Positions 57,210 through 64,000 of a DNA stretch of 64,000 bases are shown piece by piece. Source of the DNA: Eledone cirrhosa (lineage: Eukaryota); NCBI GenBank assembly GCA_964016885.1, contig OZ024740.1, forward strand, positions 203,732,001 to 203,796,000, given 5' to 3'. Under the pieces are notes generated by a model, which was given only the letters and a program-made list of their open reading frames with translations, was not told the DNA's origin and did no database searches. The position numbers and the translations under genes were made by a program. Numbering within the stretch: the first letter of the stretch is position 1; each line of letters opens with the position of its first letter.

Positions 57210-57640
57210 GTGGGACTAGATGAAAAATATGGAACTAGCTACGTCTCTTTCTGTTTTTGAGTTCAAATCTTACCTCACATGTCCAAGGGATTGATATAAT
57301 AAATGCCAGTCAAATAAAGACGCAGATCTAAATGTAATTTCTTGTACCTCTTATTATTAAGTTTCCTGTTTCTCTTCCTCTTCTCTCACTCTCCATTTCT
57401 CTCTCTATCTGTCATACCTGTTTCGATGACAAGCGTTTCAGTTGTTCGATCAACGTGAAATTAACGAGCAGCTGGCTGAGTATTCCACAGACATGTATAC
57501 CCTTCTATAATAGACATGCGCCTTCTATAATTAAAATGGCTATGGTTGAAGTTGGACTTGAACTGAAAATTGCAAAATGGCAAAATGTAGACGGTAAACT
57601 GTTTAGTGTGAGTTTAGTGCGGAATCAGACAATATAGAAT

Positions 57641-57678
<38 letters not shown>

Positions 57679-57788
57679 GTACATATATATACATACATAG
57701 ATATATACATACATATATACGTACATACATACATATATGATATACATACATACATATATAAGATACATACGCACACACACACATACAT

Positions 57789-57823
<35 letters not shown>

Positions 57824-57900
57824 GTATGAAATATATATATATATACATATATATATACATGTATATGAATACGTACACACACACACACACAGACACCCCC

Positions 57901-57957
<57 letters not shown>

Positions 57958-58378
57958 TAGCAGACAGAAATGGGCAGGAAATATGGTCAACATGGTTTGA
58001 TCATGAGCCAGAATTTCCATTGCAACATTTCCCTTTGGATTGTAATGAAAGAACTGAAACACGCCTTCCAACAGTTTTACTTCAAAGAGAATAACATAAA
58101 CACACGCACGTAAACACACACGCAACCCACACATAAACACACACACAGGCACAGACACACACTGACACGCACACGAAAACACACACATATATGTGTATTT
58201 GTTTGGCAAGTGACTTGATCTGAGACCGTGCGTTGTAAGTGAACCAATTAAACCTTGGAAGAGCCATTTCAGATATTTATAACACACACACACACACACA
58301 CACACATACACACACACACACACACCCACCCACACCCACACACACACACACATACACACACACACACACCCACACCCA

Positions 58379-58456
<78 letters not shown>

Positions 58457-58729
58457 GAGGGAATGCTATATTCACTTTACTTTTTTCATGGAGTAAAACC
58501 ATTTCGTCGCACCTCTGCAGTAGAAATGCGTCATTGACCGAAGTCCGACAGAAAATTTGCCACCACGAAATAACAAAAATTACATTTGACAGATTTTGTA
58601 TGTTAAATTTGATATTATCTGAGAAAACTTTCGGGACAAGGCGTACTCTTTGTGAGTTGACGTCCTTGGATTTAAGAAAAAGTTTTACAGAGATTGGTTT
58701 GATGCTAATAACGGTTTTTAATGTTGACT

Positions 58730-59350
58730 TAAGGCTAATAATTTTGGGACGGGAAGGGAAAGTCGATTATATCGATCCCTGTACTTGACTCGTACTTTAT
58801 CTTATCGACTCCGGAAGGATGAAAGATAAATTTGAACTTCGAAGAAGTACTGCTAAGAGCCAGAAGAAATATGCTAAATATTTGTTCGATACTTGAACGA
58901 CTTTGACAATCCATCGGCCTTGGTTTGATGATAATAATTGTTTCTACTATAGGCACGAGGCCAGCAATTTTAAGGGAAGGAGAAAGTCGATTAAATCGAC
59001 CCCAGTGCATTACTGGTGCTTTACTTATCGACCCTGTAAGGATGAAAGGAAAAACTAACTTCGGCGGGATTTGAACTCAGAACGTACAGGGCCGTAACTC
59101 TATGTCGTGAAGCATATTGTCCGACGCTCCACCGATTCTGCCAATTGTAATAATGGTTTGCCCTATAATAATTGTTTCTACTTTTGTCACAAGGCCAGCA
59201 ATTACCCAGTGCATTACGGGTACTTTATTTTATCGACCCCGTAACGATGAAAAGTTAACCTCGGCGGGATTTGAACTCAGATCATAAAGGGACGTAACTC
59301 TATGCTTCAAAGCATGGTGTCCGACTCTCTACCGATACTGCCAATCCACC
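58730..59350 (-). mobile_element. Three head-to-tail SINE copies
   Basis: Family core occurs three times; ATAATAATTGTTTCTAC junctions. Confidence 0.82.
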
Positions 59351-59699
59351 AAATGGTTTGATAATAATAATGCTAATGCCAGCTACGTACAGGGAACGAG
59401 ATACTCTCTTTACTAATTCCAACCAAACCCAAACTTAGAAAATAGATCGCACGTCAATAACGTCTTTTAAATTCATAAAGCAATGGCGCTACGAGTGGAA
59501 GTCAAATGTTTCTGTGGGGATTCAAGGGTGCTTTTGATAAGACTAAATCTCTCTAAGGTTTTCAATCCACAAATGGTGCATCTATTAATATACGATACAC
59601 GATGTGCTGGTTGTTCTGGTGTCAGATGTCACGTTTGACATCATGTATATAGATATAGGGAGAGAGTGAGAGAGAGAGAGAAAGAGAGAGAGAGAGGGG

Positions 59700-59730
<31 letters not shown>

Positions 59731-60800
59731 TAAACGAGAGATGGCGAGAGAATTGACATATGGATTGAAGGAGGAGTATACATACTGGCTGATGTGAACG
59801 AAAAAATGTGAGAGTACGCGGTCTCAGATCAAGTCTCTTGCCAAACAAATACAACTGTGGTGTATATGTGTGTGTCTGCGTGTATATATATGAGAAACGT
59901 GCTGAATATATCAACGGGTAAAGTCAGAAATTAGTAAACCCTTTACCAAAAATATATGCAAACTACTATTATATTTATAACAATATATAAATATATTGTT
60001 ATTTTATTTTAATTTTTAGCTCTATGGTATGGTATGGACCCGTAACTCCGGGGGAGTCGTAGAGGCGCCATATTGACATATAGCGTTTCTAGGGCATTTT
60101 TTAAAACCTGGTAGAGCCCATCTCCTCTCCAGGTCTTAATACAGTAGATTTCTTCAAGAGAAGGATAGAGAGAATGAGAGAAAGAGATATAGAGGAAGAA
60201 TCGACCCCAGTACTTGACTGGTACTTTTTTTTTATCTACCATCAATGGATGGAAGGTAAAGTTGAACTCGGTGGGATTTGAACTGAGAGAGCAGAGAGCC
60301 GTTCTAACGACTCTGTCAATTCGCCGCCTTTTTAGCACGCATCAATATAACTCTGTATGAATAAAAATAGAAGTAGAAATGAAAATAAAAATAAATACAT
60401 TATTCCAGTCAAATAAGCAGATTCAAACTAAATAAGTCTCAAATCGAAAGAAACATTCATCATTCGGAAAGTTTTTTTTTTTTTAATAAGTAAAAAACAA
60501 TATATAAATTAATTATGAAAACAGGAGACACATAGTAAATAAAAACAGTTTTTTAGACAGGGGTCCGGTGATATTGAGGCACCGATAATATTGATTCACT
60601 GTAGAAAGATATGATAAACATAAGATGAAATCGCATTTTGATCGAAATGTCTTAACAGTATGAAGAAAGTAACGTTTAATTTTAGAACCAGTTTAGAAAA
60701 AATACTAGGTAATTGTATATATCTACTGTATATATATATATATATATATATATATCACATAAGAAACGGAGAATCAGTGTTGCGACGAATAAAATTTATT

Positions 60801-60897
60801 AGACATATTACAATCGTTTCTCTGGCGACCAGCTCGAGGGACGATCGATGTAATGATCGAACCTGACTCTGAAATCGCAAGGTCCTCAGATACGTCT
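60801..60897 (-). ncRNA. Type-I hammerhead ribozyme with an extended stem II
   Basis: AGACGTAT-CTGAGGA-(ccttgcgatt...ggtcgccaga)-GAAA-CGATTG-TA^ATATGTCT-AATAAA. Stem I is 8 bp; (TA)n follows about 45 nt later. Confidence 0.8.
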
Positions 60898-61367
60898 TGA
60901 TTCTACGAAGCAGAGTTTCTAAATGTCCAGTTACACCCCACGGCCTTCACTCGGCATCTTAGATCCTGTTGTCATTCGATGAGTGGTCAAGAATTGTACA
61001 CGTCATCGGTATTTTTGGCCACTCATAGCCGTTGTATATTTGGTTCCTTTCACCTGCCACCTGTCAATTAAAGTTGCTTCTTAAATCGGAATTACTACTG
61101 TAGGGGGTAAGGGTTGTATGATTGAACCGCTCGTGCCCTGTCGCAGCCTTCACAACCTGTAGGCGCATGCACCCATGTCCATGTTTCGCGCAGACGTAAT
61201 ATATATGGGCACTTATACACCCTCAGCGATCACATACATACCCGCAACTGTATTATATGCGACAATCACAGTAAATATTGATATGTGATATCATACTCTG
61301 CTCTGTAAGAGCATCGAGTGCTCAAACGGCCTACCACTTACGGACGCTTTACACATCCCACACCAAT

Positions 61368-62011
61368 TAGCTGGGGGTATATTGTCTGTAATGCGAAGAA
61401 ATACCTATGAGTAGACAACTGATGACGGATATTCCTAACTTCTATTTCTAATTCTTCATTGATTATACTTAATTGCAACAACACAGCTCACCATTTTTGA
61501 TTCATATATGCTTTCCCCTTCGCTGTGACCTGTCTTTTTTCTCTTCCCTTACTGCTATCCTCTTTCTCTCTCCCCCTTCTATCTCCTTCTCCCCCTCTGC
61601 TAGTCACCCTCTCTCGGCTAGCCTTTTCCTCGCACTTTCATTCACTCACTCTCTGCTACTCACCCTCTCTCTCACTTCCTCCATCGTCCCCACACCGTAC
61701 GCGATCCTTTTCCTCGCTCACATCCACACGGCCAAGATGTGTCCTTACCTCCTCGTCAAAATTCGCCTGTTCTTATGTTCGAAATGAATTATAGACTTGA
61801 TGTTTTCATTTGTTCCTCTCTTTACGTTGCCTCACTATTCGTGTCTGTTTACATGTCTCTCTTTCTCCACCTAACTCTTTTTATCCCAATAACTTATTTT
61901 AGTTATTGTATCGCCCTAGCTGGAGGTATATTGTCTGTAATGCGAAGAAATACCTATGATGGCTAGTAGACAACTGATGACGGATATTCCTAACTTCTAT
62001 TTATAATTCTT

Positions 62012-62015
<4 letters not shown>
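61368..62015 (+). mobile_element. Element with about 95-bp direct terminal repeats (61368-61460 and 61917-62015) ending at (TA)n
   Basis: tagctgg.ggtatattgtctgtaatgcgaagaaatacctatga...ctgatgacggatattcctaacttctattt.taattcttcatt occurs twice. Confidence 0.75.
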
Positions 62016-62054
<39 letters not shown>

Positions 62055-62181
62055 AAAGTTCTATTTAAATTGTTGGGATACAACAAGCAAATATTATTAT
62101 AACTGATATAAAGCACTCGACAAATATTTGGAGTAGATATACAATATTAATAAATGGAAACTATATTTATAAAACCATATT

Positions 62182-62246
62182 TATTTCATTATATATATTT
62201 CAAGGATACCAAGTTAAATCATGGTATGCCTTCATCAGACAAAATA
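62182..62246 (-). ncRNA. Minimal hammerhead ribozyme, left arm
   Basis: TATTTTGT-CTGATGA-AGGcATACCA-loop-TGGTATCCTt-GAAA-TATATA-TA^ATGAAATA. Confidence 0.8.
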
Positions 62247-62425
62247 CAATATATAACAGTTTTCTCCACGTTTCTCTCTCTCTCTCTCTCTCTCCATCTT
62301 TTTACTTACTCTTAACACTATGACTTACTAAAGTAAACAAACCACTATCCGGATGGCCTCCAAAAACAACGGTCACCTTTTTGAAAGGGTACGTCAATAT
62401 CTATTTGTAAAACTGTTATATATTG

Positions 62426-62490
62426 TATTTTGTCTGATGAAGGCATACCATGATTTAACCTGGTATCCTTGAAATATATATAAGGAAATA
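62426..62490 (+). ncRNA. Minimal hammerhead ribozyme, right arm
   Basis: Same as the left arm with stem I' AGGAAATA. Stem III is the palindrome ATATATAT. Confidence 0.75.
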
Positions 62491-62617
62491 AATATGGTTT
62501 TATAAATATAGTTTCCATTTATTAATATTGTATATCTACTCCAAATATTTGTCGAGTGCTTTATATCAGTTATAATAATATTTGCTTGTTGTATCCCAAC
62601 AATTTAAATAGAACTTT

Positions 62618-62683
<66 letters not shown>

Positions 62684-62802
62684 AGAACCAGTTAAGTTCG
62701 AAATGCATCGACGATTGTTCCTCTTGCTTTCGGTGTTTTGCATAGCTATGGCTTTCTAAATATTTATCTGTAAACACGAACATCTATAAATACGAAATTT
62801 CA

Positions 62803-62865
<63 letters not shown>

Positions 62866-62868
<3 letters not shown>

Positions 62869-63010
62869 TAATAGTACAGATTAAAGTTTAAGTAAATAAT
62901 TTCTGCTTTCACCCTATTACGGGATCTTCTGAAACTTCTAGTTTCAGAAGATCCTGTAACAGGGTGAAGGCAGAAATTCTTTGCTTCAATTTTAATCTGT
63001 GCTAATAATA
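62866..63010. repeat. Imperfect hairpin with 71-bp arms and a 3-nt loop
   Basis: ...GGATCTTCTGAAACT-tct-AGTTTCAGAAGATCC...; microsatellite flanks. Confidence 0.85.
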
Positions 63011-63048
63011 AATATTCGCTCTACGGGTTTATATATACTTTTATATAT

Positions 63049-63082
<34 letters not shown>

Positions 63083-63133
63083 CAATCCTTATCGAGCCCT
63101 CTTTGGATTTTGATCTTCGTAATTATTATTACT

Positions 63134-63167
<34 letters not shown>

Positions 63168-63583
63168 ATATATATATATATATATATATAAAATCAAGGT
63201 TTAGCAAATAGAGAAAAAGTTTTAAAATAAATTTTAAAAAGTTCGCTGTACTTACTATATGTACCCTTACCGCGCGATTTCAAATCCAAAAATAAATGGA
63301 TAATCCAGGCGGACCACCATTGAGAAGGGGATTCTCGTCAGAAGGTTCTTCTCGCTCGGAGAATACAAAAATCCCGAGTTCAAATCAAGCTGGCGCCATA
63401 CAAAACTGTTCCTAGATGAGAGTGAATGAGGAAGGGACCAATTCTGTCTAGTGCCGTGTGTAAAGACAGAAGGCAAGGGTGGACAGGCCAATGTCTTGCC
63501 ACTAGAAATAGCAGCAGTTCAAACGACCAAAATGTTATCTCTACCTTAGGGGAGATTAATAATAATAAAGTATGTATGTATAT

Positions 63584-63770
63584 ATCTATCTATCTATCTA
63601 GGGCGGGTAAAATTCCCGAGATCCATGGACGGGTTCTCTCCAACGATCTCTGTCCCTCATTATCGCTGCCATGTCCTGCGTCTCCAACAGACCAGTGTCT
63701 GTCCTTAGGGCATCAACATACGTTAACCTTGGTCTTCCTCTTCCAATGTGTCCATGTTTATCGTGATTTC
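63584..63770 (-). mobile_element. RTE-clade LINE 3' end with a (TAGA)n tail
   Basis: [23 protein letters not shown]...MRDRDRWRE, then a stop and tagatagataga. Confidence 0.8.
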
Positions 63771-63800
63771 GTGGGCTGATATTCCGATTCTCGATTATTC

Positions 63801-63853
<53 letters not shown>

Positions 63854-63861
63854 CGTGTGCG

Positions 63862-63909
<48 letters not shown>

Positions 63910-64000
63910 CATATATATATATATATGTGTGTGCGTGCGTATATATATATATATATATATACATTATTTTATCTGTCACCTGTTCTAGCTCATATACAAA

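Larger units (their letters stand above)
62051..62621. mobile_element. Inverted repeat (213-bp arms, 145-bp spacer) of a Penelope-like element between (TA)n tracts
   Basis: 62051-62263 is the reverse complement of 62409-62621, with about 2 mismatches. Confidence 0.9.

Overview
AT-rich, microsatellite-dense animal DNA, probably a coleoid cephalopod such as Octopus (inferred from the SINE and repeat content, not proven). Bases 1-~26,316 are one minisatellite of about 1,000 25/27-bp units with higher-order duplications. Each unit reads CCAG|GTAAGA on the minus strand, a near-consensus 5' splice site. The ORFs in this array are artefacts. The remaining 38 kb hold two exons, missed by the ORF track, of a minus-strand gene for a GPI-anchored Ly6/uPAR three-finger protein, separated by a 20.7-kb intron. 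There are also many tRNA-derived SINEs, two hAT MITEs with 8-bp TSDs, RTE 3' ends, an R4/Dong-like RLE retrotransposon 3' end and a decayed Penelope-like (Naiad-type) GIY-YIG fragment. The main signal is a set of short elements abutting (TA)n tracts that carry minimal type-I hammerhead ribozymes. There are at least 7 sequence families, each with its own palindromic or near-palindromic stem III. Four loci are large inverted repeats with an outward-facing ribozyme in each arm. All folds were assigned by eye and no searches were run.
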